Shown here piece after piece: positions 1 through 11,498 of a stretch of 64,000 nt of DNA. This DNA comes from Anaeramoeba ignava BMAN (lineage: Eukaryota > Protista > Anaeramoebae). The DNA lies in NCBI GenBank assembly GCA_028826165.1, contig JAPDFW010000064.1, positions 62,001 to 126,000 on the forward strand, read 5' to 3'. Positions within the stretch are counted from its first letter, which is position 1; every line of letters starts with the position of its first letter. The position numbers and the translations under genes were made by a program. The notes beneath the pieces are model-generated. The model worked only from the letters and a program-made list of their open reading frames with translations. It ran no database searches and was not told the origin of the DNA.

Positions 1-618
1 ATTATAAATTTAATTATAAATTTAATTATAAATTTAATTATAAATTTAAGTATAATTATAAATTTAATTATAAATTTAATTATAAATATAATTTAATTAT
101 AAATATAATTATAAATTTAATTATAAATTTAATTATAAATTTAATTATAAATATAATTATAAATTTAATTATAAATTTAATTATAAATTTAATTATATAA
201 ATTTAATTATAAATTTTAATTATAATTATAAATTTAATATAAATTTAATTATAAATATAATTATAAATTTAATTATAAATTTAATTATAAATTTAATTAT
301 AAATATATTATAATTATAAATTTAAAATTTAATTATAAATATAAATATTATAAATTTAAAAATTTAATTATAAATTTAAATATAAATTTAATTATAAATT
401 TAATTATATAAATTTAATTATAAATTTAAATATAAATTTAATTATAAATAATTATAAATTTAATTATAAATTTAAATATAAATATAATTATAAATTTAAT
501 TATATAAATTTAATTATAAATATAATTATAAATTTAATTATAAATATAATTATAAATTTAATTATAAATTTAATTATAAATTTTGTATAAATTTAATTAT
601 AAATTTAATTATAAATTT
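1..618. repeat. Intronic 12-bp tandem array (ATAAATTTAATT)n in WASHC5 intron 1
   Basis: Direct reading. Variant unit ATAAATATAATT is interspersed. Confidence 0.95.
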
Positions 619-620
619 AC

Positions 621-830
621 AGGATTTTCAGAAATTTGATTTTCAACAAAACCTGATTGAGTTAAATATTGAAAATCCATTAAAATAAATTCATGAATTT
701 TTTCAGGTTCATTTTTATAAATTTCAGGAATATTATCAGAAAGTCTGAAAAGTTCTGCAATAATAGCATTTCCTCTACTAGAAAGTTTTAATGAAGTAAC
801 AATAGCTAAATTTACTTCTTCAATATCCAT
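621..830 (-). CDS. WASHC5: WASH complex subunit 5 / strumpellin, first exon; the gene continues beyond the window start through a repeat-filled intron
   Basis: MDIEE..SSRGNAIIAELFRLSDNIP..ILMDFQYL matches the strumpellin N-terminus (GNAIIAELLRLSEFIP...DFSYF). GT donor (gtaaat) at 620. Confidence 0.88.
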
Positions 831-839
831 TTAAATTTT

Positions 840-900
840 TTTAAGAAATGAAAAAAAAAATGAAAAAAAAAATAATTTTTTTAATTTTTTTTCATTTTTC
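840..900. promoter_or_regulatory. Compact bidirectional promoter with back-to-back TCATTTT initiator-like motifs
   Basis: AAATGAAAA (846, 858) faces WASHC5 and TTCATTTT (891) faces the CH-RasGAP gene. The two start codons are only about 100 bp apart. Confidence 0.55.
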
Positions 901-931
901 ATCTTTTCTTTTCTTTTTTTCTTTTTTTGAA

Positions 932-3623
932 ATGGATTCTAATTTACCTTTTGAAACAAAATCTTTATTAATTAAATTACTTTATGATCCTAATATAAAA
1001 ATTCTTCAAAAACCAAATGAAAACGTTTATAATATTGCACCACTTGATTTATTACTTAGATGGGTTAATTTTCATTTAAAAATAGAAAATCAACAACCAA
1101 TTAAAAATTTAACAACTTCTTTAAAAGTAAAAAAAAAAAAAAAGCAATTTAAAAAATTAAAAAGAAAAAGAAAAAGAAAAATTCAATTTAACGTTTTTTT
1201 TTTTAAATTAATTTTAATTATTTCTTTATTAAGGATGGAGTTGCTTTAGCTCATTTAATTCATAGATTAACTAAAGTTAAAATTGATTATGTTTTAAGTG
1301 AAAAAACAAATTTTCAAAGAATTGAAATTTTATTTCAAATTTTAAAAAATTTAGAATATCCAAATTTTATTTGTAAAACCCAAGATATTATTGATGTAAA
1401 TATTTTCTTTCTTTTTTGTTTTAAATTTTTTTTAATTTTTTTTAATTTTTTTTTTGTTTTTGCTAAATAGGGAAATGAAGCTCAAATAATTAAATTTTTA
1501 ATTAATTTATTTCTTTGGAAATCAAAACTCAAACCAAAAAATATAGAAAAAGTAAATAAATTTAATTATAAATTTTGAAATGAATTTAATTTTAAATTTA
1601 ATTATAAATTTAATTATAAATTTAATTATAAATTTAATTATAAATTTAATTATAAATATAATTATAAATATAATTATAAATTTAATTATAAATATAATTA
1701 TAAATTTAATTATAAATTTATTTTGAATTTAATTATAAATTTATTACAAATTTACTTATAAATTTAATTATAAATATAATTATAAATTTAATTATAAATT
1801 TAATTATAAATTTAATTATAAATATAATTATAAATTTAATTATAAATATAATTATAAATTTAATTATAAATTTATTTTGAATTTAATTATTAATTTAATT
1901 ATAAATTTAATTATAAATTTAATTATAAATATAATTATAAATTTAATTATAAATATAATTATAAATATAATTATAAATATAATTATAAATTTAATTATAA
2001 ATTTAATTATAAATTTAATTATAAATTTAATTATAAATTTAATTATAAATTTAATTATAAATTTAATTATGAATTTATTTATAAATTTAATTATAAATTT
2101 AATTATAAATTTAATTATAAATTTAATTATAAATTTAATTATAAATTTAATTATAAATTTAATTATAAATTTAATTATAAATTTAATTATAAATTTAATT
2201 ATAAATTTAATTATAAATTTAATTATGAATTTATTTATAAATTTAATTATAAATTTAATTATAAATTTAATTATAAATATAATTATAAATTTAATTATAA
2301 ATTTAATTATAAATATAATTATAAATATAATTATTAATTTTATTATAAATATAATTATAAATTTATTTTGAATTTATTTTGAATTTATTTTGAATTTATT
2401 TTGAATTTAATTATAAATTTATTTTTATAAATAGCTTCGCAAAAAACTCTCTCCAATTAATAACCAACAAAATAAATATTCCAAAACATCCCAACTCATA
2501 TCCAAATTCTCACCATCACAAACAAATCAGACGAACGGAATGAAAATAACACAACAATATCAACAACAAGAACGAAACAATACACAACCATCATATGTAT
2601 CAACAAGTCCCAACATACAATCACACAATTCACCTGATCATTTTTTTCCGAAATCAAGACAACCCTTTTCGAATTTAACAAAAACAACAACAACAACAAC
2701 ACAAAGTCATTTTCAACCGCAAAGACTTGGCCCAAGAACCTTTTCATCAGGACAAACACCTTCATATCTTCCACAAGAAAAATCGGAAATTTCTAAGCAA
2801 ATTGAGCAAAATATTCAACAGGAAAAAAACAAAACTTATCATCTTAATCAAGAATTTATTGAAGCACTTGAAATGGCGCAAAAATCACTAATTCAAGAAG
2901 AAGTTCCTGAAAAAATTACTGATATTTTAACAAAATCTGATCCAAAAAATTCCAACGAATATCCTTTTCTCATCAATGATTTTCTTGAAAAACTAATTGA
3001 TAATCCATTTGTCCAATCATGTCATCACAAAATCGCATTTGAAATGCCAGAAGCCGTTAACAAAGAGCAAATATCAGCTTTACTTACATTTTCTCGTTTA
3101 AGCAAAAGTGTTGTTTTTCAATTCCAATATTTGCAGAAACAACTGAAGCAAATCTTCGGATTAATTGGCCAATCTTTACCTCAACCAAGTGCTAAACTTG
3201 CTGAACTTTCCCAGAAATTCTTCCACTTTTCATCCTCAAAAAAAAAATTACTTCCTGTCAAAGAATATATTTCCAAATTATTTTTTGTCGAAATTCTCAA
3301 AATTTTGAATATTCTTAATTTACCTTTAGAAGATATTGTCAAATCATTAGTTCCTATTTTCCGTCAATTCCCTCGTGTTTTTAATGACTCTCCTTTTCTT
3401 TTCTCAATTTTGGACCAAGTTTTACAAGCACTTACTTCAAATACTACTTTTTTAACCAAAAGAAATGATTTCGAATTTTTGATATTCTCATTCTTTCTGA
3501 AATTTCTTGAATGCATTGTATTTAAAAAAGAATTCCGCAATTTTTTTGTTCAGGATCTTCTCCAACTAAAAAATGGTAATTAATTTATTTATTTCTTTAT
3601 TTCTTTCTTTCATGTTAAAAAAA

Positions 3624-3656
<33 letters not shown>

Positions 3657-5632
3657 CAAGAGGATAAAATTAAGGAAATTAATTCAGAATTATCAATTCC
3701 AATCGATAACTATTTCCTATTTGAAGTTGATTTTGAAGAAATTGAAATTATTTTATCACACATTTCAGATTTTCTTCCAGAAGAAATTTCTGTTGTAAAA
3801 AAAAACAAAAACAAAAAAAAATTTAGTTTAATTTAATCTAATCCAAAAAACAAATATTTAGGATTCTCAAAAAATAACAGAGAGTCTTAAAAAACAAACA
3901 AGAGGAAAACTATTTGAAATGATTATTCGACAATATCTTCCTAAAGAAACATTCGCATTTATAAATAAATCTTTAATGCAGTTTGAAAGCAATCAAACAG
4001 TTGAATATCGGTCATGTCTTGAACACGGAAAGAAATATTTAGGAGATTTCTTCGATCTTGATGCAATCAAACTTTTAACAACCGTTTTGAATTTCCATGA
4101 CTCACAAATATCGCAATTAAATCATCTTTCGAAAATGATATTTTGTTTTTTCCAACAATTTGACATGATCATTCCTTTCATCAAAATGGGAATATCACAA
4201 CAATTATCAACAACTGTTTCTGCTGGTTCTTTATTTTCTGAAGATGAATCTTTAACAGAAGTTGTTTCTCTGTTTTTATTCCATTTCGGAAAAGAATATT
4301 TAAACTCTACACTCAAAGATATTGTCAATGAGTTTTGTACTTCTGGCTTGAATTTCGAAGTTGATCCCAATGAATTGGATGATCCAAATCCTTCAATAAT
4401 TTCCCAAAACATGACTAATCTTCGAAATTATTTCCACAGATTTGCTGATATTATTTTTAGTTCAATCGATAATATCCCTCAAAATTTCTGTCAAATTTCT
4501 CAGCATCTTAAACAAGAAATGACTATTCGTTATCCTGATAGTGTTATTGCAACTGTTGGTGGTTTGGTTATTCATCAATTAATTTGTAAAGCTTTGAAAG
4601 AACCTCGAATCTTCAATTTAATTGATTGTAAATAAAACAAACGCAAACAAAAAACAAATTGAAAAAACTGTAATTATTCTTCTTTTTTTCTTTTTGATTT
4701 TTTTTCTTTAGTTGAACCTTCAGAACAATCAACAAGAGGATTATCTTTAATTTCTTCAATGCTTAAATCATTATCAAAAGGAACAACTTTTGGAACCTCT
4801 AAACGTTATTTACAATCTTTGAATCAAGAACTAATTTCTCGGTTTCCCGAAAGAATGAAATTTGTTGATAATGTTTCTGTAAATAATAATTTTTATAATT
4901 TGAATGATTTTTATAATTTATATTTTTTTTTTGAATATTTTTTAGCAAAATTGTAATGAAAAAGCTGCTAACATGACAATTTTCAAATATCAACAAGAAC
5001 CAACATTTAAAATTACACAAGATCAAATTGTAGTAGATTTTGCTTTAGTTCTTCATTTAGCACTGAATCTTCCAATGGATTTTTTTTCACAAGTTGGAAC
5101 AAATCAAATCAAAAAAATTCATGATAATTTCGAAAGATTTTCACGAGATATTTATCAGTTCACAAATGAATTGACAGATCTTGAACTCATTAGTTTAGAT
5201 TGTCGATTGCAGTTTGAAAGTGATATGAAAGAAAATAATCGGAATCCAATTATTTATTCAGAAGACAGTACAGAATCCAAATGGAAAAAACTTATCAAAA
5301 CAAAATCTTCGAAACAAGATCATGTTCAAATTGCAGAATTTGTTGAGAAAAGAAAGCCTGTTTTCAAAAAGCGTTTTGTTGTTTTAAAACAAAATTTAAT
5401 GGCAATTTTTGCAAGAGAACCTCAATCAGATAATGATTTATTGATTCCACCTGAACTTTATGAAATTACACGAAAGGATCATATAATTTCAAATTCACAG
5501 AAAAATGTAAAGAAAAAAAATGCATTTGAAATTCAATTTAATTCTGGTCCTCATTATATTTTTGCAATTGAACAAACAATGGATTATGTTGATTGGCTTT
5601 ATTTACTTAATAATACAACAAAAACCAATTAA
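932..5632 (+). CDS. Multi-exon calponin-homology + RasGAP-like + C-terminal PH domain protein, probably a catalytically inactive GAP
   Basis: ATG at 932. Exons approx 932-1126, 1234-1395, 1471-1551, 2435-3575, 3661-~3794, 3862-~4627, 4712-~4878, ~4946-5632 with GT-AG introns. LLLRWVNFHL..LKDGVALAHLI is a fimbrin-type CH motif. GKEYLNSTLKDIV..NFEVDP..NLRNYFHRFADIIFSS is RasGAP. FKKRFVVLKQNLMAIF..FEI..DWLYLL is PH. Confidence 0.85.
1552..2434. repeat. Intronic 12-bp array (ATAAATTTAATT)n filling intron 3 of the CH-RasGAP-PH gene
   Basis: GT at 1552 and AG at 2433-2434. The repeat fills essentially the whole intron. Confidence 0.93.
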
Positions 5633-5929
5633 TTATTTTTTTTTTAATTGGAATTTTCTTTCTTTCTTTCTTTTGAAAATTTACAAAGAAAAGTTGATTT
5701 GATTTAATTTGATTTAATTTGATTTGATTTGATTTAAATTCAATGATTTGTTGTTTTGTTATTGTTTTTTTTTAAACAAGATTCCGAAATTAAAAAATCA
5801 AATTAAAAAAATCAAAAAAAAAAAGGTTTTTTAATTTCTTAAATTTTGAGAAAGAAGAAAAAAAATTAAATTTGATTTTAAATTAAATTTTTCTTTTGAA
5901 TTTTTTTTTTAAAATTTTGTTTGAATTTA

Positions 5930-8253
5930 TTATTTGATATAACGATGAATTCTTTGGAAATGTTGAGAACGAATTTCACTTAAAGCTCTTTCTAATTGGT
6001 CAGTAATTTCTTTTAATTCATGGAAATCACAATACATAGTGAATATTTTATCATCTGAAGTAGTTATTCTAATAATATAATAAGGTTGAAATTGTTCTCT
6101 TAATTTACGACTTGCGAGTTGAACATCAAGTCTCCATTCCATTGTTTTTAAATAAGGTAATTCAAAAGTCATTTTATTCAAGAATTTTCTTATTGGTGAA
6201 TTTTGTTGTTCATATTGATCTATCATGTAAATTCTTAATTCTTCTTCTATTTGTATAACTTTTAAAAAATCTCCAAATTCTTCTTTTGATATTAAAGTTT
6301 TTGAACTTTGTGTGTATAAATATGTTATTGATTCTATGCATTTTTGAATTACTTCAATATCTACTTGTAATTTTTCTGCTGCTTTGAGTAAGACTCTTGG
6401 TTTTGGATTTCCCAAAATAAATTTCATTGTAATATTAACGAATTCTTTTCCAACTTTTTAAGAGAATTTTAACAAGAAATTTTATAAATAATTTTATATA
6501 TAATTTTATAAATAATTTTATAAATAATTTTATATATAATTTTATAAATAATTTTATAAATAATTTTATAAATAATTTTATAAATAATTTTATAAATAAT
6601 TTTATAAATAATTTTATAAATAATTTTATAAATAATTTTATAAATAATTTTATATTAAATTTTATAAATAATTTTATAAATAATTTTATATTTAATTTTA
6701 TATTTAATTTTATAAATAATTTTATATATAATTTTAATAATAATTTTATAAATAATTTTATAAATAATTTTATTAATAATTTTTATATATAATTTTATAA
6801 ATAATTTTATAAATAATTTTATAAATAATTTTTATAAATAATTTTATAAATAATTTTATATTAAATTTTATAAATAATTTTATAAATAATTTTATATATA
6901 ATTTTAATAATAATTTTATTAATAATTTTATAAATAATTTTATTAATAATTTTATATATAATTTTATAAATAATTTTATAAATAATTTTATAAATAATTT
7001 TTATAAATAATTTTATAAATAATTTTATAAATAATTTTATAAATAATTTTTATAAATAATTTTATAAATAATTTTATAAATAATTTTATAAATAATTTTA
7101 TAAAATAATTTTATAAATAATTTTATAAATAATTTTATAAATAATTTTATAAATAATTTTATAAATAATTTTATAAATAATTTTATATTTAATTTTATAT
7201 TTAATTTTATAAATAATTTTTATAAATAATTTTATATTAATTTTTATATTTAATTTTTATAAATAATTTTATATTTAATTTTATATTTAATTTTATAAAT
7301 AATTTTATATTTAATTTTATAAATAATTTTATATTTAATTTTATAAATAATTTTATAAATAATTTTATAAATAATTTTATATTTAATTTTATAAATAATT
7401 TTATAAATAATTTTATAAATAATTTTATAAATAATTTTATATTTTAATTTTATAAATAATTTTATAAATAATTTTATAAATAATTTTAAAAATAATTTTA
7501 TAAATAATTTTATAAATAATTTTATAAATAATTTTATAAATAATTTTATATTTAATTTTATAAATAATTTTATAAATAATTTTATATATAATTTTATAAA
7601 TAATTTTATAAATAATTTAATAAATAATTTTATAAATAATTTTATAAATAATTTTATAAATAATTTTTATATTTAATTTTATAAATAATTTTATAAAATA
7701 ATTTTATATTTAATTTTATAAATAATTTTATAAATAATTTTATATTTAATTTTATATTAAATTTTATAAATAATTTTATAAATAATTTTTATAAATAATT
7801 TTATAAATAATTTTATAAATAATTTTATAAATAATTTTATAAATAATTTTATAAATAATTTTATAAATAATTTTATAAATAATTTTATATTTAATTTTAT
7901 AAATATTTTTATAAATAATTTTATAAATAATTTATATTTAATTTTATATTTAATTTTATATTTAATTTTATTAATAATTTTATAAATAATTTTATAAATA
8001 ATTTTATAAATAATTTTATAAATAATTTTATAAATAATTTTATAAATAATTTTATAAATAATTTTATAAATAATTTTATAAATAATTTTATAAATAATTT
8101 TATAAATAATTTTATTAATAATTTTATAAATAATTTTATAAATAATTTTATAAATAATTTTATAAATAATTTTATAAATTGTTTACACTCAACAGGTATT
8201 GATTTAAGAAAACTAAGTTCATTAATTTGTTGTTGAGTTAAAATTGAAACCAT
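5930..8253 (-). CDS. COMMD2: COMM domain-containing protein 2 (two exons: 8187-8253 and 5930-6453)
   Basis: Spliced product MVSILTQQQINELSFLKSIPVE-F-GKEFVNITMKF...YTQSSK...EWRLDVQLASRKLR...LERALSEIRSQHFQRIHRYIK follows the COMMD2 pattern (EWRLDVQLASRSLR...RRVVRNIK). Confidence 0.92.
6480..8180. repeat. Intronic 12-bp array (TTTATAAATAAT)n in the 1.73-kb COMMD2 intron
   Basis: Intron 6454-8186. The repeat is read directly. Confidence 0.95.
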
Positions 8254-8457
8254 TTTTTAAATTAAATCTTAAATTAAAATTTTTTATTAAAAAAAGGAAA
8301 ATGAAAAAAAAAAAATGAAAAAAAAAAATTTTATTGAATTTTTATTAAGGATTCAGAAAAAAAAAAATTTGAGTAAAAAAAAAACGAAAAGAAAAAAACT
8401 TGGAAACTTTAAGAAAAAGAAAAGAAGATGTAAGAAAAACGAGAGGAAAAGAAAGGA

Positions 8458-9285
8458 TTATTTCTGGTCCTTTTTATTTTTAGGGGTATTCTTCTTCATT
8501 TTCTGTTTTTTTCTGCGTCTAGCATTACCATCCAACCACTCATCATCATCATTAATTTTCTGGTTCTTTCCTTTACCAGTTAAGTTAGGAGAAGGGGCGG
8601 ACTTTTTTTTGGATGAAGTATATTTGTAGTATCTAAAACCACCGTAAGAAAAACCACCAAGAAGAAGCATATAAGTGAAAACACCGCTCAAATCAACACT
8701 ACCTGTGATGTCATCAATAATTACCGTTGAATTAAAAAAAATGTCAGTAAAATTTTCTCTATTTTCTGCGAATTCCTCGTACAAAACGCTCATAATGATT
8801 GTATAATTTCTTGGTTCAAAACCTTCCTGAAGATAGAAAAGATACGGCAAAGAGACCTCTTCTTTTGGCATAACTTTTGTATTATGATAATCAGATGGCG
8901 TAAAATTTGTAAGTATTCTGCTCATGTCCGGCAAAAGCATACTTCCAGTTATATAATGAACCACAAAAGGGTTTTCTCCTGTGTTCAGAAAACCGACAAC
9001 AACTCTTATTGTGTTTCCCGGTTTCAAGTGCAGATCCCCGTTGTAGGGCATGATTGCTTGTATTTTCATGTTAGGTGATGACTTGATTTTTCCTTCTTCT
9101 TCTTCTTCAGTTTGTTTTGTTTGTTCTTCTTCATATCTTCGTATTAATTCTCGTTGTTTCTCCGTCATTTCTTCGTCTTTTTCTTCGTCAAATTCATATT
9201 CTTTTTCTGTTGCTTTTGTTTTGTGAATTGTTAATAGTAAATTGATAATTATTATTAAAAGAAAAAATATTGATTTTTTTTTCAT
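8458..9285 (-). CDS. SSR1: Translocon-associated protein alpha (signal sequence receptor alpha), intronless
   Basis: Signal peptide, acidic N-terminus, VVVGFLNTGENPFVV..NFT, FFNSTV, one TM helix and a basic tail containing DDEWL. This is typical TRAP-alpha architecture. Confidence 0.88.
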   Translation of the reverse strand: MKKKSIFFLLIIIINLLLTIHKTKATEKEYEFDEEKDEEMTEKQRELIRRYEEEQTKQTEEEEEGKIKSSPNMKIQAIMPYNGDLHLKPGNTIRVVVGFLNTGENPFVVHYITGSMLLPDMSRILTNFTPSDYHNTKVMPKEEVSLPYLFYLQEGFEPRNYTIIMSVLYEEFAENRENFTDIFFNSTVIIDDITGSVDLSGVFTYMLLLGGFSYGGFRYYKYTSSKKKSAPSPNLTGKGKNQKINDDDEWLDGNARRRKKQKMKKNTPKNKKDQK

Positions 9286-9394
9286 TTTAAGAAAAAAATT
9301 GGAAAGAGAAAAATGAAAAAAATGAAAAATTAAAAAATTGAAAATAAAAAAATTTTTTTTTCTTTTTCTTTTTTCATTTTTTTTTTTTTTTAAA

Positions 9395-11403
9395 ATGCAA
9401 AATAATTCTAAAATTAATTCTTCTCAAAAAATTCAAGAATTTGAATCTTTTATTAATGAAAAACTTAAACCAGATCTTCAAAAAATTCTTGATTTAAGAG
9501 ATTCTATTTATACAAAAATTTCTAATTAGTATTTATAATTAAATTTATATCAAAATTTATAACTAAATTTATAATTATATTTATAATTAAATTTATAATT
9601 AAATTTATAATTATATTTATAATTATATTTATAATTATATTTATAATTATATTTATAATTAAATTTATAACAAAATTTATATCAAAATTTATAATTAAAT
9701 TTATAATTAAATTTATAATTAAATTTATAATTAAATTTATAATTAAATATATAATTATATTTATAATTATATTTATAATTATATTTATAATTATATTTAT
9801 AATTATATTTATAATTATATTTATAATTATATTTATAATTATATTTATAATTATATTTATAATTAAATTTATATCAAAATTTATAATTATATTTATAATT
9901 AAATTTATAATTAAATTTATAATTATATTTCTAATTATATTTCTAATTAAATATATAATTATGTTTATAATTATATTTATAATTAAGTTTATAATTAATT
10001 TTATAATTATATTTATATCAAAATTTATAATTATATTTATAATTAAATTTATATCAAATTTATATCAAATTTATAATTAAATTTCTAATTAAATTTATAT
10101 CAAAATTTATAACTAAATTTATAATTATATTTATAATTAAATTTATAATTAAATTTATAATTATATTTATAATTATATTTGTAATTATATTTATAATTAA
10201 ATTTATAATTATATTTATAATTAAATTTATAATTATATTTATAATTAAATTTATAACAAAATTTATATCAAAATTTATAATTAAATTTATAATTAAATTT
10301 ATAATTAAATTTATAATTAAATTTATAATTATATTTATAATTAAATTTATATCAAATTTATATCAAATTTATAATTAAATTTCTAATTAAATTTATAATT
10401 AAATTTATATCAAAATTTATATCAAAATTTATAATTATATTTATAATTAAATTTATAATTAAATTTATAATTAAATTCATAATTAAATTTATAATTAAAT
10501 TTATAATTAAATTTATAATTATATTTATAAATAAATTTATAATTATATTTATAATTAAATTTATATCAAAATTTATAATTAAATTTATAATTATATTTAT
10601 AGTTAAATTTATAATTAAATTCATAATTAAATTTATAATTAAATTTATAATTAAATTTATAATTATATTTATAATTAAATTTATAATTAAATTTATAATT
10701 ATATTTATAATTAAGTTTATAATTAAATTTATAATTAAATTTATAATTAAATTTATAATTAAATTTATAATTAAATTTATAATTATATTTATAATTATAT
10801 TTATAATTATATTTATAATTAAGTTTATAATTAATTTTATAATTATATTTATATCAAAATTTATAATTATATTTATAATTAAATTTATATCAAATTTATA
10901 ATTAAATTTATAATTAAATTTATATCAAAATTTATATCAAAATTTATATCAAAATTTATATCAAAATTTATAGTTTAATTCTTAAAAATAATCTTGAAAT
11001 TTTGGAAGAAATAAATTCAACTGAATTAACAACACTTATGGATTTTGGAGCAAATATATTTGTTCAAACAAAAGTGTAAAAGAAAACTTTTTTAAAATTT
11101 ATTTAAAATCAGTTAAAAAAATCAATTTTAAAAAAATCTTCTTTTTTTTGCTTTTATTTTTGCTTTGTTTTTAGACATGATACTTCAAAATTATTTGTTG
11201 ATATTGGCGCAAATGTTTTTCTTGAATTTACTAGAAAAGGTGCTATTAATTTTATTGAAAAACAAGAAAAAATTCTTAATGAACAAGCTGATGAATTAAC
11301 TGAAAAAGCTGCTAAAATTAAAGCAAATATTCAAACAATTTCTCAAGGAATTTATGAATTAATGAATATAAATGAAAAAGAAAAAGAAAAATATAGAAAA
11401 TGA
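9395..11403 (+). CDS. UXT: UXT-like alpha-type prefoldin subunit (3 exons: 9395-9528, 10974-~11075, 11175-11403)
   Basis: KIQEFESFINEKLKPDLQKILDLRDSIYTKISNY|LILKNNLE..MDFGANIFVQTKV|HDTSKLFVDIGANVFLEFT matches the UXT/prefoldin-alpha pattern. Confidence 0.88.
9529..10973. repeat. Intronic 12-bp array (TTTATAATTAAA / TTTATAATTATA / TTTATATCAAAA)n in UXT intron 1, with a higher-order duplication
   Basis: GT at 9529 and AG at 10972-10973. The rare variants ...ataactaaa... and ...ataacaaaa... recur at about 9560/10110 and 9668/10254. Confidence 0.93.
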
Positions 11404-11498
11404 ATAGAATTTATTATTTATTTTTTAAATAAAAAAAAATTTGAAAAAAATTTTTTTCATTTTTTTTCTTTTCATTTTTTTTTAAAATAAAATATAAA

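Noticed and set aside
1877-2371. (IINL)n, (FIKL)n, (YIN)n and (KFII)n ORFs here and at 7921-8180, 10358-10624, 39711-40067 and 40524-40799
   Set aside because: They are translations of 12-bp intronic arrays bounded by GT-AG sites whose removal restores conserved proteins.
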